From Oikopleura dioica (Eukaryota; Animalia; Chordata), in assembly GCA_907165135.1 (NCBI GenBank), contig OU015567.1, forward strand, positions 13,020,001 through 13,084,000: a DNA stretch of 64,000 nt, in the 5' to 3' direction. The notes under the pieces are model-generated. The model saw nothing but the letters and a program-made list of their open reading frames with translations, was not told where the DNA came from and searched no databases. Numbering within the stretch: position 1 is the first letter of the stretch; each line of letters opens with the position of its first letter. This document shows positions 23,954 to 37,244 of this stretch, one piece after another. The translations under genes were made by a program, and so were the position numbers.

Positions 23954-26448
23954 ATGGCCGACTTGTTCTGGCGGTCAACGAAAAAGCCAGGCAAGTCGGC
24001 AGGTTCGCAACCTGCTCCCGAAAGTTCCAAGTTCAAAAAGTACCAAAACGAGACGGCCGACGCTTGGGATGCAGCAGACGACGAGCTCGTCAAAGGATTT
24101 GGGGTTGATCCTGATGCCTCGCGTTCTGCTGCCCTTGCTGTTCTAGCTCGTTACAGGTTCGGGTGGCCACGTCACAAATGTAGCATATTCTCTATGGAAC
24201 TATGTCAAAGATGTCAAAGATGCTGATCGCTGCGGTATCTCAAGCCCTAAATTCTTGTAAACCAATGTTTTCATCCTTTTGAATCAGCTCGGTTGACCAC
24301 CCTTAATCACAGTAAATCGCCAAAATCACCGCCTCCCGCCCCTCAAGAATCAACCAGCAAATCTTCTAGCAATAATATTCCAAAGCAGAAATTGAATATT
24401 CCGCCTAAAGAAAACGCTGCAACAAACAGTAATACAGAAGAATCCAAAACGAAGCCGAAATCCCCAATAATCGTCTCGCCAGGTACCCAAGCATTTATTT
24501 TAGCTCTTGTATTTCCAACACAAGCACTGTTCAGGACCGCCAAATAAATCATTCACAGGACTGCCTCCGCTCACTGATGCCCAAATTGCCAGATCGGAAA
24601 AATTTTCAAGTGCAATAAACAGAGACCTGACAGATCTCGCCGATCTACGGGAATTAGCATGGAGAGGCTGTCCCCCTTGTTACAGGCCCATTTGCTGGCG
24701 GCTGATTACTGGACTTCTTCCCACGGCAAGGGAGCGGCGATTAGCGACGCTAGAAAAGAAAAGAAATGAATATTGGAAGCTTGTACGTATTTTTCAGCCG
24801 CGAATCGAATACTCCTAGTTTTAGTTTCTTTTTACTTGAGAATAACTTTTATTTTCAAAAAGGTTGATCGTTACTTCAAACTTTCAAAAGAACCGTCTCA
24901 CAAGGACACGTACCACCAGATAACAATCGACATCCCCAGAACCAATCCGTCGGTTCCGCTCTTTCAGCAAAAGCTAATCCAGGTGAGTCGCGATCCTTTA
25001 GAAATTCCATCTGAAAAATATGCCAAAAGGAATTAATGGAACGCATTTTATTTATTTGGGCGATTCGACATCCGGCGTCGGGCTATGTCCAAGGAATGAA
25101 CGACCTCGTCACCCCCTTTCTTCACGTTTTCCTTTCCGAGCATCTAAGAGCCGGTGAAAAGTTCGAAACGACCAACATGGACCTCATTCCTCAAGAAGCG
25201 CTAAGAGAGGTAATTTGTTACCAAGAAATACAAGTTTTGTTTACTGTTACGATTTTCTCGCTACACACGAATCTAATGTTCTTCGCCGTAGAAATAGTAT
25301 TACTCGTGGTAGAATAAACGGTTATATCCCGAGATAACAATATTACGATAAATTACGAGTTACGAGAAATTCTAAAAAACGATGCGTCCAGCACTTTTGC
25401 CGCGATTGTGAGCCTCAGAATCCGTCAGGTTAATTTCGGGTTGCGGGCAATTTTTTGGCACGTAATTCTATGCTCTTACTTCGTAATTTATGGAATGAAC
25501 TTTTTTCAGCGATAAATTCTTGGTTCAATCGAGGTTCAAATAATGCAACAAAGAAAAGTCAACTTCAAGCAACTTCGCAAAAATATTTGGCTGTTTATCG
25601 AGGAACATATGATAGCTATTTTTAGCGAGCATTTCGGAAATTCCTAGATTCTTGCTCGAAATTCTTTCGTCGGAGAAAATTTCTCTACGGCAAAAACGAG
25701 TCCCCTCAAAATTTACTCTGAAAAAACCTAACCCTTGCCAATCCTAGGCTTACAATTGTTTGGATCCCCTCGGTATCACTTTTTTCAGGTTGAAGCAGAT
25801 TGTTTCTGGTGCCTTGGATGGCTCTTAGACGGGATCCAAGACAACTACACATTCGCTCAGCCAGGCATTCAGCGCCAAGTTTCCCAGCTAGAAGATCTGA
25901 TAGAGCGAATTCAGCCTGATCTCTTCCAGCACTTGCAAGAAAACTCCGTTCAATTCCTTCAGTTCGCCTTCCGGTGGTTTAATAATTTATTGATGCGCGA
26001 GGTAACAATCAAGCTTTGAATTCAAGTCAAGATCTGATTTTAGCTGCCTCTATCTGCGATTGTACGCTTATGGGACTCGTACTTTTCTGAAGCAGGGGCT
26101 GATGAAAGGTCGAGCTTGCACTTGTTCGTCTGCGCGGCTTTTCTCATTCACTGGAAACGGCTGTTGCTTGATCAATGTGATTTCCAAGGTAATTCCAAAG
26201 TCTACGTAAGCTACTTCGAATAACAAAAGAGTTTCATCAATACGTGATTCAATCGTGATTGGTCGACCGTTTACTCGGCCAATCAGAGACTTGATGGTAG
26301 AAATATTGAAGTATAATCACGTAATTTAGGTTTGATGATGACAGTTCAAGGACTCCCCACGAACGGCTGGGGCGAATCTGAAATTTCCGAAATTCTAGCT
26401 AAAGCTTTCATGCTGCGATCGACTTACACCCTCAAGCAACTTTCGTAA
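23954..26448 (+). CDS. TBC1D22: Rab GAP TBC1D22-like
   Basis: LRELAWRGCP, QITIDIPRTNP, ERILFIWAIRHPASGYVQGMNDLVTPF, VEADCFWCL, LLDGIQDNYTFAQPGIQ, YLQF-like FLQFAFRWFNNLLMRE, RLWDSY. Confidence 0.93.
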
Positions 26449-28603
26449 TAATTTTTTGTTCCTAAATTTATATTTCTGTACTCATTTATCTTGTTTGGCA
26501 ACCTGTTTTGTTTTTTATCTATTCTACCGATTTCTACTGTTCTTATTGTTGTTTTCGATGACTTCCATCGCGCAACATGATTTCCGTTTCCGGACTTACG
26601 TCTCTCTTATGCATTTTTCGCCAAAAAATAAAAGACGTGCTCGATTCCATATTCAACAAGAAATCCCCTAAAATTCAACACTTATGAAATGTAATTGCTC
26701 GCTAGAAAAAGCGCGAATTGCATTTTTATATCGAAAAAGTGCGGTTCAAAAAGATTGTTTTGCAAGCAGCGCAAATCTCCGGCTGGAGATTAGAAAGAGC
26801 ACAAACACTACAAAATCCTGGGCATAGGCACATTCTACAAAGGAGCGTCTACAAATAATGATAAAGATAAATTCCGAAAATGTATGGTAACTCAAATACA
26901 GTAGTACACTTTTATGAGAAACGCCAAACGCGCCACGTGTTGAATCACCGTGTTCCAATTCATTCTAGCGCTGGATTTTTAATCATGCTCCAGAGTTATT
27001 GGAACACAGCAGGAAATTGACGCCTTCAGCCTCATTGTACTGTGAATTCTTCACTTTTAGTAGGCACCGAGATTTTGTTATTTACCTGTTTTGCAAAGCT
27101 CGTTTTTTCAAGTGTTGAGCGATAAAGAAATATTAAAATTAGCAGCCTCTGGTCTCCCGAAGATGACACCTGAGCCAACTAAGTTCCGCGGCTTTGGCTG
27201 GGAAATCCCAGTGAACCCTTTGAGAGCTTTCTTCCCCTCTAAACACTTTCTTTTTTTAAAGACTCTGAGAACCGAGAATGTTCTAAATGGTTTGGATTCA
27301 GAAAAAAACTTGGTAATTCAAATCTTACGCGTGAAAAACACGCATAGGCCGTGTAAATTTTTAGTAAAATCATGTTCGATTTCTGGAAGAAAACTTTACA
27401 GATGTAAAACGGGCAGGATTTTGATTTTTGAAAATTATGAAAGAAGTACGGTAATAAATCACTCGAATTGTGATTGAAATTGAACGTGTGGGCCCTTGAT
27501 TTTGTCGAAATATCAACTCGAAATAAGATAAACTCTTCTGCCCGCAATAAAACAGTCGTTTCAAGAGTGCGAAAGATACACGTGAGTCTCTCTTTGAAAT
27601 TCGCGCAGACCGAGAATTGAGGCCAAACTCGTCAAAAGCCATATGGATTTCCGCCGAGAAATGCAAATTGGCACTGCTTAATAACTTATTTTCCCGGAAG
27701 TGGTTTTTTCGCATTCAACTGTTTTCGAAAAGAGCGCTAAGTGGTATTTGTAAACCGATTAGATGCCTGGGAAAGGCCCCAATTACGTAAAATGAAATTA
27801 TGGGTTCTCCGCGTGTCTCTCTCTTTTCACACCTTCTTTGGGGGCAATTTTCAATCATGGTAGCCTGTCAAAACGTTCTGTTGCTAGAAAAATATTTCTT
27901 TCAAATACCGATCAATCACGTGATTATATTACCAGGTGATCGAGTTAGCGAGACACCACGTTCAGTGCCACTTATGCGAGGATTAACGGAACTTCGACGA
28001 GCAATTTCAAGGATTAGAGAATCACTGGATTACGGATTAGAATTTTTAGATCAAATTGAATTGGGCAAATCAAATTTTGGTAAAAGCTGAAAAACGTGGG
28101 TAAGGGTTGCGGCTGGATTAGAAACGACTACTCGTCCCTCTCATAGAGGAACTGATCCTTATCGCTGTGAGTGAGATTTCCTCAGTTATCCCTTCTCTGG
28201 GTTAGGTAACAGAAATCTACAACAGCCGGCTAATCACGCCAAGTTCGCGAACTCAGTCATTTTCTTCCACTTTCAGAAAGGGCTAAGGGTATATTCAGAA
28301 ATCGATTAAAAACCAAGCGAGCTTGTTCTTTAAATATTTATGCAACAGATTTTCACAATCTCAGAAATAATTGCACATGAACAAACTCAAAACTCAATTA
28401 TCTCGCTATTATCCCTCTTTTAGATTCTTTTAACAAGAACATCTGGCTCAGCTGATCTTGCGCCACATGGTCTTTGATGTTTGATAATTTTTAACATTGG
28501 TTTATCCTTCCTCGCTTCTGAGAATCCGAAAAACGAAAAATAGTTCCTCGAATCACTAGATTGATGAGCACTAGCATATCCTTGTCCAGCTCGTTTTGTG
28601 TTA

Positions 28604-28860
28604 CATTCTTAAGTGCCCCTTTGATAAATTAGAATTTTCGATCGTCAGAAATGGAACTCCTAAACGATGATTGATCGACCTTCCCGGAAATAAGGAGAGC
28701 AGCTCAAATATATAAAAGGCTCTCTGCTGGTTAATCTGGATTTTATTAAACCACCCATTGCGTTTATTGGATTCATTCTGAGTGCCCGTGGAGAAGCTCA
28801 ATGTGTGGGCCGACACATTATCACGGTATGAAATCAGCCGGTTATCGATAAACGCAGGCA
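28604..28860 (+). mobile_element. Decayed LTR-retrotransposon (Ty3/gypsy-type) RNase H fragment
   Basis: One frame with stops: ...LCWLIWILLNHPLRLLDSF*VPVEKLNVWADTLSRY, resembling the RNase H end motif (N-V-x-A-D-x-L-S-R). Confidence 0.4.
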
Positions 28861-31800
28861 ATCGAAAATGCTGAATTCTGGTTTTATTTGAAGTAGTTTT
28901 TTCCCACCGTTGAAGACATTTTTCAAATGTTCTTAGTAAGAACTTCTTACTGTAATTTGAGGATGCTGCTCTGAAGAATGAACTTTCGTATGTAGCTTTT
29001 TAAGAATTTGTGGCTTCTTTTTAGCCATGAAGAATTACAAGAGCTTCGAGACTTTTGAAAATATTAATTTTCTTAAGGAAAACAGATCTACGCTTCATAA
29101 AAACTGTTTGATGGTAAAATAGGACGTTTGAAAACGAAACACTGGTCATGTTTGAACGAGCAGACTGTGCATGTTTGGTTTGCCTTCAATTTTTCACGCA
29201 TTCAAGAAGCACTTCGTATTGTGAAAAATCACGATCCTGAATGCCCTCGAGCGAGTGCTTCACTTTTGCCGCCTCGAATGTGTTGATAGATTCTCGACGA
29301 CAGACTGAAGGAGGTATTTAGCGGCAAGCCCACGGAAAAATGGAGATTTTGTGCGCAATTGCGGCGGAAATTTCCGTGTTGTGTTGGTTCAGATTGACGA
29401 CCTGCTCGTTACGATTGATGTAAATCGTATAATGGCTCCATCTGTAATAACACTCGTCCTGTTTGAATATACTGTCTGTGGGAGACGAAATTTCGTTGAT
29501 TCATCAATCCTCTTTTTAACCAATTTTAAAAGATAAAGGTTAGAAAGTGGCGAATTATATCACAGATTAACGGATTCCAACAGCTTTTTCTCGTTATCAA
29601 AGTCGGCCTTGTTTCCAAATCAAAGAAAGCCATATTTTCATTTTCGAATTCGCTCAACCAAACAAAGCCCGGGCACGAGTGGGAGAGAAGCCCCGCCGCG
29701 GGACCGAATGATTCCGGGACAGGTCGGAGCAGCAGGTGGTCGCCCCGATCAATCCGCCATGAACCCCGTTTCTTTCTCAGCTACTCCTATCGATTATGTC
29801 TTGATATCTCGGTCATGGGAGAGGAGATTCCCCTACACGCGAGCTTGTAGAGTAAATTTGCACAGACTTCTCTGAGAGCACTTGAATCCATAATCACCTT
29901 TGGAATCTACTCGTATCTCGCTGAGTTCAAGTGTATCACAGACAAACAACTCCTATCTTCCACTAGTATTGATGTCTGACTGTATTATTCTTCTCAAAAC
30001 ACTGTAAAACCGGAAAAAGTCCAAAACAAGAGCAATTGCAAATTTGATATTTCCGAAAATAAAACCACTGCGTTTCCTTTTTTCGTCGATTGTACGTATA
30101 ATTTGTGTCCAAGTAGCCCCGTAAACATTATAATCATGTGGTCAGCGTATTATTTTTACGATTTCCGCGTGAACAGAAGACTAGTCATGCACCAATTTCG
30201 ACTCTTCGTTCAAGCAGGTCTTAATTCGGAGGTATTTGCGAGCCATTCATTGCGTGATCAAATGGAGGATGATTTTGGCCGCTGATCAAGCTAAAGGAAT
30301 GTTCCGTGGGACAATAAGGAGCTCCTGACGCCGAGTTACAGAATATCGTCGCGTGTAAAATCGGATAATCGCTCGTTCATGTTCACTCATTTTTTCATCT
30401 TCCCAGCATCCTTTTCTATCATATTTTTCTATCATCGCAAATTCTTCTTTGGTGATTTTCCTTGTGAACTAAACCAATTTAAGACACTAGAAAAGGTGAG
30501 ATTCGAGAGAATTATTAAACAAAGCAGCGATTTGTCCAATTATGCAACAAGCTCTATTGCTTCTGCCGGGTAGTTGCTCCTGCAAAGACAACTATCTACT
30601 CAAGTTGGTCTTCAACAAACTCGACACGGCCACTTGACCGTTTTGTAATGGCCAGCTTCGATGCTCTTTTCTTCTCGCTCTTCATTACGCACTCCTTGGA
30701 ATAACGTCGAAAATTAAATGACATTCGAAGGACAAACAACGCGCCTCTTGAATACGCCACAGGTTTTTTGAGGAAACCAAATTTCTCATTTGGCAGCTGT
30801 GTTCATTTCTAAGTACCAAAAAAGTACGAAATTTATTCTACAGAAATCTCGGTTTTCTTTTCAATGTCGATTTTCATGGCGAATTTTTCGAAACAATTTG
30901 TGGGATGTAATCAGTTTTTGTTTAGCTCAAAAGTGTTTTGATCCCTTCGTTCTGGCCTAGAAAATCTAATACTCAAGTAAAACTTCCGGTCCGTGAAATT
31001 ATTAAGGCTCTTATCCTCCTCGCTCATTTATAACCATTTCCGATCGAATTAAAGCCATCATGTCACGTGATCACTCAGAAGTCAAAGATCCGTGCCAGTG
31101 GCAAGAAGCTGCCAGGTGGACTTCTGGCGACAGGATTATTGGACCGAGCGGTCGTTAATGCCTTCGTAACTTCGCAAGTTTAGGAGTACTCGAGGTAGTT
31201 AACACACCTGGCCATGTGTTTTGAGGTCTATCGCTTCGACTTTCTTGGTGTTGTTGATTAGGCCTTGTGTTATTGAGAGGCGCTGACCATGCACCTGCCC
31301 TTGCGGTCGAAGATAGAATGCGTTGAAAATGCACATGCTGCCGAGAGTAACGAGAAAATTGATCACTGAGATTTTTCATGCTCATATTAATGGCAACAGC
31401 TTTGGCAATTATTCTGTTAAGTTCACTGAACAGTTTGATATGCATTTAATTGGACGACTGAACGGGTCAAACGGACCGCAGGAATCGAAAGCTGGCATAT
31501 TTGAAGTAAGATGCTTTTCTGGCCATGATTTCTGGGAGATGAATTCTTCGGAAATCGAGTAAACATCACAAAATTGATCTTTGAGTTATGAAAAAGAAAG
31601 CTGCGAAGTTTTTTGGGATTTCTCCAAACTCAACAACTCGAAAATAGATCGACCCCCGTTCGAACAAAACCGCATTGAACGAGCATTGGAGCTGTTTCAG
31701 TGGATTAGTGAGCTCTATTCAAACTTCGAATCTGGTAGCTCTCATTTTGCTTTTCAATAGCTAACAAATGTAAAAGCCTATTTTAGTATCGGTGGCATTA

Positions 31801-33327
31801 TTTAACAGCTTATAATCTCTCCTCTCTGGCCGAAGAAAAGAAAACCGAAATCGCCCCCGAAATTCCGGATTACCAAAAGACGACTCTCTAAATACCGCAT
31901 TCAACCGTCGCTACTAGCGCGAGGAATTAGATTTATCCGCCCCACATGGTCGTCTATTCAAAAGTGAGCTTTTCAAGAGGTAGCATTTAATTAACCCGAT
32001 TTGTAGAAAAACATCGACCCCTGTGTCCGTGTCAAAAATTTTGAGTGGTTCAAAATTAGTGGAACATTTGAACTGACTGCAGCTGTTTTACCGTTGAGGC
32101 TTCTTTTTGGAATGTCAAGGGGATGTATTTATGGGGATCGATATTTTTGCATGGCTTTTTATAGCAGCTGAAAGGGCAATTATACAAATAGAAGTGGGCT
32201 TATTCAATTCTCCAAGAAACCACGTGCCAAATGGCGATTTTATGATGACTTGGACATGATTTTTAAAATGTAAGCACTTGATTCAACTTTTGAACTGATG
32301 ATGATCACTTTGTTGTTGATTTTTCTTAGGCGGATATCGTAGCCTTTCTTGTTATTCGTCCTTGTATCCACTTTGACCTTGTTTTCAGCATCGTTGAGCA
32401 AATAAATATAACGCATAAAAAAGCTTGCCTCTTCAAAACTTGACAGCTGAGCAGATCCATTTCCGACAAAGCCGGAAAATGAACTCAATCCTATGCAAAT
32501 GAACCAAAAGTAGAGTTCAAAAAGTTTGACCCGCTTCAGTCTTCAACCAGCTCAATTTTCTTTCCCATCTCAAGTGCGGTTTGAGTCACAAGTTTTTTCG
32601 GTTTTCCTTTTTTGTTGGAATGTTTGAATTGGTGACGAATCGGGAAAAGGAAGTTCGCGAACAATAAAACAGGATGTGCGAAAAACACTGTTTTCGTTTC
32701 TAGCGATGATTTGATATTAAAAGATGGAAAATGAGTAAGCTTCTTAGTCAAGCTGTCACGCGGTCCAGTTACTACTGTAATTGCAGTTTTACGGGAGTGA
32801 TAAGCATAGTCCCGGCTCCCCTGTGTAAACAGCAATTATTGGGCATTTCTACCAGCATCCCAGCTTTGCGATAAAAGAAATTACCTTGTACTTTATCATA
32901 AAGTTCAATATCGGCCTACTGTAGAAAAATGGATTGTAATGAGCTAAGAAAAATACTAAAAACTGGTTCTTAGAATCAATGGATTCATTAGTCATTTATT
33001 AATTTAACTACGAAAGAACTTTATAAAAGTAAAGTCTTCAGTAAAGTTCAATCCTCAAATCTCGAAAAAAGGCAAAGACCTGGTTCGTATCGTAGAGGGC
33101 GCTTGTGAGTGCGTCCCGTTGGTCCTGGTGCGGGAAAGTGATGGCGCTGCGGGCGCGGGATAGCGCGCGGGGCGTCGTTGCGCGTATTTTTTCATTTTCT
33201 CGAGGCCGCGATCTCGATTTCGCGATTTCGCATCATTTTCTCAGATAAAATACGAACCATTGTTTTTACTCCTCGCAAAACTTGAAAGCAGCAATCGAAA
33301 CTCAGAAAAAAGCTTCAAATTCAGAGA

Positions 33328-36300
33328 TTGAAATACAGTAACGAAGAAGACTTGATACTGAGAGAGCTTCCTTTCTTGGCAGAAGAACAAAACCGAAACA
33401 TGAAAGCATTGAAAAAACGAAAATCGCGGCAACTGTCCGAGGATGAGTTCCGCGAGGCATTCGGATTCAAGCAGAATCCAATCGCCAGGGCGCAAGTCCC
33501 GTTGGTGATCCCTACTCGCCGCGTAATCCCGGCGAAATCGGTGCGTACTTAACAGCTGATCTTCTGGGCTAAAGACTTGAATACATCGCTCTATTCTTTA
33601 ATCAACCCATTTTCTAAATTTTCCTACCCAAACGAGCACGATAAAAGGGTCGTAATCGAGCTCAAACATGGATTAAGAATAAAATAAAGAAACAGGGATC
33701 TCGTGAGAGATCATTTCAAATAAAAAATGCGTGAATAATGGAGCAATTTGTAAAACAAAACGAGAATATCTGCTTATGAAATAATGAATAATCAGGTGAT
33801 TTTTTTCTTTCTGTCTTCCTACGAGAAATTGAAGAGGAATTTCTTTGTTGAGAAAGCGACCCTTTCAGAGTCACAGTTGCGGAAGTGTTTGTTCAATTCT
33901 GACTGATTGATTCGATTCTTGTTTGAATAATTTAACCCTGACTTTGAGGCTTTGAGCCGTTTTGATTTTTGCAAAATGCGCTCGTTTGAAAAGTGCGCGC
34001 ATATTGCGTGAGTACACAAGAAAAATGCGGGCCCGCATTGGCCCGTTGCCAGCGCGGCTCTGCATGTGCAAAACTGCGGCGGTATCATCCAATTTATAGA
34101 ATAACAAAAAACTGTCTTGATCCGCTTTTTGCTTCGCCAAGGAGCTCAATGAAACCACGAAAAGTCATAACTTTCCTTATCAACGGGGCCGGCTTCTTTC
34201 CCAGCACACTTAACATACAACGCATAAAGGGATCAAGATAAAATCTGGCATTTTTGGTTTTCAAGCACAGTGAATACCGTAGAGTCTTTCTAGCTTTTTT
34301 AAAACATATTTGTACATAGAACAAGTCATGAAAAACTGTCAAAATGATTGATCTCTTCGGTTTTCGCTCCAAAAAGTTCACTTTTGAAAGGGTTCGTTTT
34401 AACCTGTCTCAGAATTGCACCAAAACATGACCTCCTTAAAATTAAGTGTTCGAGTTTCTTTGAATTCCCGCCTAAGTGCTAGGTTACTTACCGGGCTACC
34501 GGTTGGGTAGTTAGGCGCAGTCAACCGTTTGCAAAAGTTTGCGCATGGCCGCACAGATTACCGAGAAATCGTCTGACTAAATAAGTGTGTATGTTCAGTT
34601 CGATAATGCTATCTTTCAACTGGGTCATCAAGATTGCATAATTTTTTTGACAAACAAAATAGAAGTTGACTTTTTCTATTGTTAGAAATCGGCAAAAGAA
34701 AAATTTTTCATCGATCATTTTTTCGGAGACTTTTGAAATTAATCCCTTTTTTAGGTTGCAGATTCGTCGAGTTGGGCATCAAAAGACGAGCTTGGATCCC
34801 GCGATGAGCTTTCCTCTCAAAGCCTGGACGAGCCCAGCGGGATGTCCGAAGATCCCTCACGTGGATCAGCTGATCGCCTTAACTTCAACTCTGTCGAAAC
34901 ATGCTCATCCGGCGTCGGCTCTGACTACTCCGAGCGCACCCAGTCGCAAGATGAGCTCGCCGTGCCAGACATTCCCCTCGAGGCTCAGGAAAGGGTTGAA
35001 CACAGACGACAATAAAAACTTGTAAGAAAAACAAAGGTTTAGACGGAAAATCCATACCCATTTACGGTTGCGTTTTTATTGCGATCGGAATCTTTACAGC
35101 CCTTGAAATCGTGTTTTACGAGTATGGCCCATATTTTTCCGAGAAGTGACTTACTAAAGCTGCTCTTTGAAAAAACAAAATGGGGAGTAAATATTTTATT
35201 ACTCGAGTCTCAAGCGGGATATGGATGAAAGCGTGTGTCCAACCCGTCGAAAAGTTGCAAATAAATAGAAGAGCATCTCGCTACCGCCCAATTAGGGTGA
35301 ACATTGAAGCAAGCAGCCATGTTCGACAGGAACATGCTGGATACATTCATCATAGAGTCGGGAGACGCAAATGGACCCAGATTTGGGCAGTCGGTAAGTG
35401 CTTATCTGACCATTATTACGACTAAGTGGAAGGCGGTGTTTTCACAACATCGAAGTCGCATCTTCGTCAAAATTGACATCACTCTCACACGAAATTCTAG
35501 CCGTCGAGCGACTGCTGTATCTGTACTCATCGGTCACATCGGATGTGACAATCGACGTCGTCAACCTGAACGACTACACCCTCGAAGGCGACCTGATTCA
35601 ACCAAGCCAACACAAGTTCCGATTGAAGATCACCCACCCACAAGCAGAAACACACGAGTTCTACACAACGAATGCAGACTCATTCTATCTTTGGTTCGCC
35701 ACCTTTGACCGGCTCTCGTCAAAGCGAACAACGCCCAAGACCATTGTGCAGGAGAAGATTCAGCAGCAAAATCAGCTCAGCATGAAACGCGAGGCGAAGA
35801 AATCGATCAAGGCACGGATTGTCTACTCTATAAAAGAAAAAAAAGGACACACGAAGCGCCTTTTTTGGCCGAAGCCATTCTCTTTGAAAAGTTTCAGGGA
35901 AAGAAGCACCTAAAGACGAGACTGTTTTGTACAAATAGAAATAACGTGCCCTTTTCTGGGTGTATACCCTTAACCCTTTTAGCTTTCTTGTTCCCTTTGT
36001 TGACTTATAGCGCGAACTTTGTTTATTAGGCCCTTCAAAGACAAAACTCTCGGGCGAGGGATCATCCCGCTTATCCAATGATGAATAGTATAAATTAAGA
36101 CACAAGTAAGAGCTGTAATCAGCTGGAAAAAAGGCGGGAGCAGAACCAGGCGCGAAGCTCTGCGCTGGCACTGGGCCCGGAAACCACTTTAGTTTTTCTC
36201 AATTTGATCTAATTCAGTAGACACAAGATCCTATAAAGATCTACGCTTTTGAGAAAATTGAGTGATCATCTACTCACGGTCTCGATACTTCTTTTTAGAA

Positions 36301-37244
36301 ATTTTGTTGAATAATTATCAAAAATAAAGACTTTTACAATCCATGAACAGCCATTCGATATTCTCGGAGACATGAAGAAACTCGATCTCTCCCCACGAAG
36401 CTTGGAGAAAGAAAAAATCCAAGAAGACCACCGCCGGCTCGAGATTGAAACAGCCATAGAGATCCAATGCAAACTAACACGCCTTACTCAACGTCGTCAC
36501 TCCATCTCGCAGAAGATTCAGTCGCTCAATCGCTCGGGTCTTGATCCGACGAAAAGCCGCCGCTTCCGGCTTCAGAATGATCTCGCCGCGGTCAATAAGG
36601 ACATTGAAAACACCGTGCTCAACTCGAAGTCGTCTATGAGCCAGATTGCAGCATCACGTGAGCGAGAGCTGACGCGAAAACGGCTCATCAGAACCCCTGG
36701 CGATTCTAGCATTGACGAGTCCAGCAGCGAGCTTGACAATCAGGAAGTGATCATTCCGACGGCAATCATGATGGAATCCAGACCACAATCGGCCACTCCC
36801 CAATCTCGTCGATCCAGTTTGCCGAAGACATTCCGAAAGATCCGCTCCTTCGCGCGATCTCTTTCTCGCTCAACATCGGTCAACAAGGAACGACCAACGA
36901 AAAGCTCTGCTTCTCTTCGAACCGCCAGTTCAACACGAACAGACAGCTACAAATCCATTGACTGTGGCTTGACGACTCCTAATCTCCAAAAGCAAAAGTC
37001 GAACACTTCGGTTCTGTCCGACAAAGAAAAGACGAAGCAAAAGAACATGGCGAAATTGGATCCAGACACACTCGAGGAAATCCGAAAATTCGAGGAGCTC
37101 GCAGCTGAGTTTGACTCCACCCCGAAAGCGAAAGCTCCCACGCTAGAATCAACCCTTCCCAGTCCCATGGACCCGCTCAATCTGTCTTCCACTGACACCG
37201 AGTCATCGTCTTCCGATCCTCCCTTCCGCGAAAATCTCATCTAA
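33328..37244 (+). CDS. PH-domain and coiled-coil protein, IPCEF1/CNKSR-like (linkage of first exon uncertain)
   Basis: HAGYIHHRVGRRKWTQIWAV-AVERLLYLYSS...DVVNLNDYTLE...FRLKITHPQAETHEFYTTNADSFYLWF resembles the CNKSR/IPCEF1 PH domain; Ser-rich coiled-coil last exon 36372-37244. Confidence 0.65.

Larger units (their letters stand above)
15698..26448 (+). other. Probable polycistronic (SL trans-spliced) operon: MetRS, two micro-ORFs, PITH, STK3/4, TBC1D22
   Basis: Six same-strand genes about 130-370 bp apart; unpaired pyrimidine-AG acceptors shortly before ATGs (ttttcag 15698, tcttcag 19879, ttttcag 20307, tcttcag 23953). Operons are established for Oikopleura. Confidence 0.65.
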
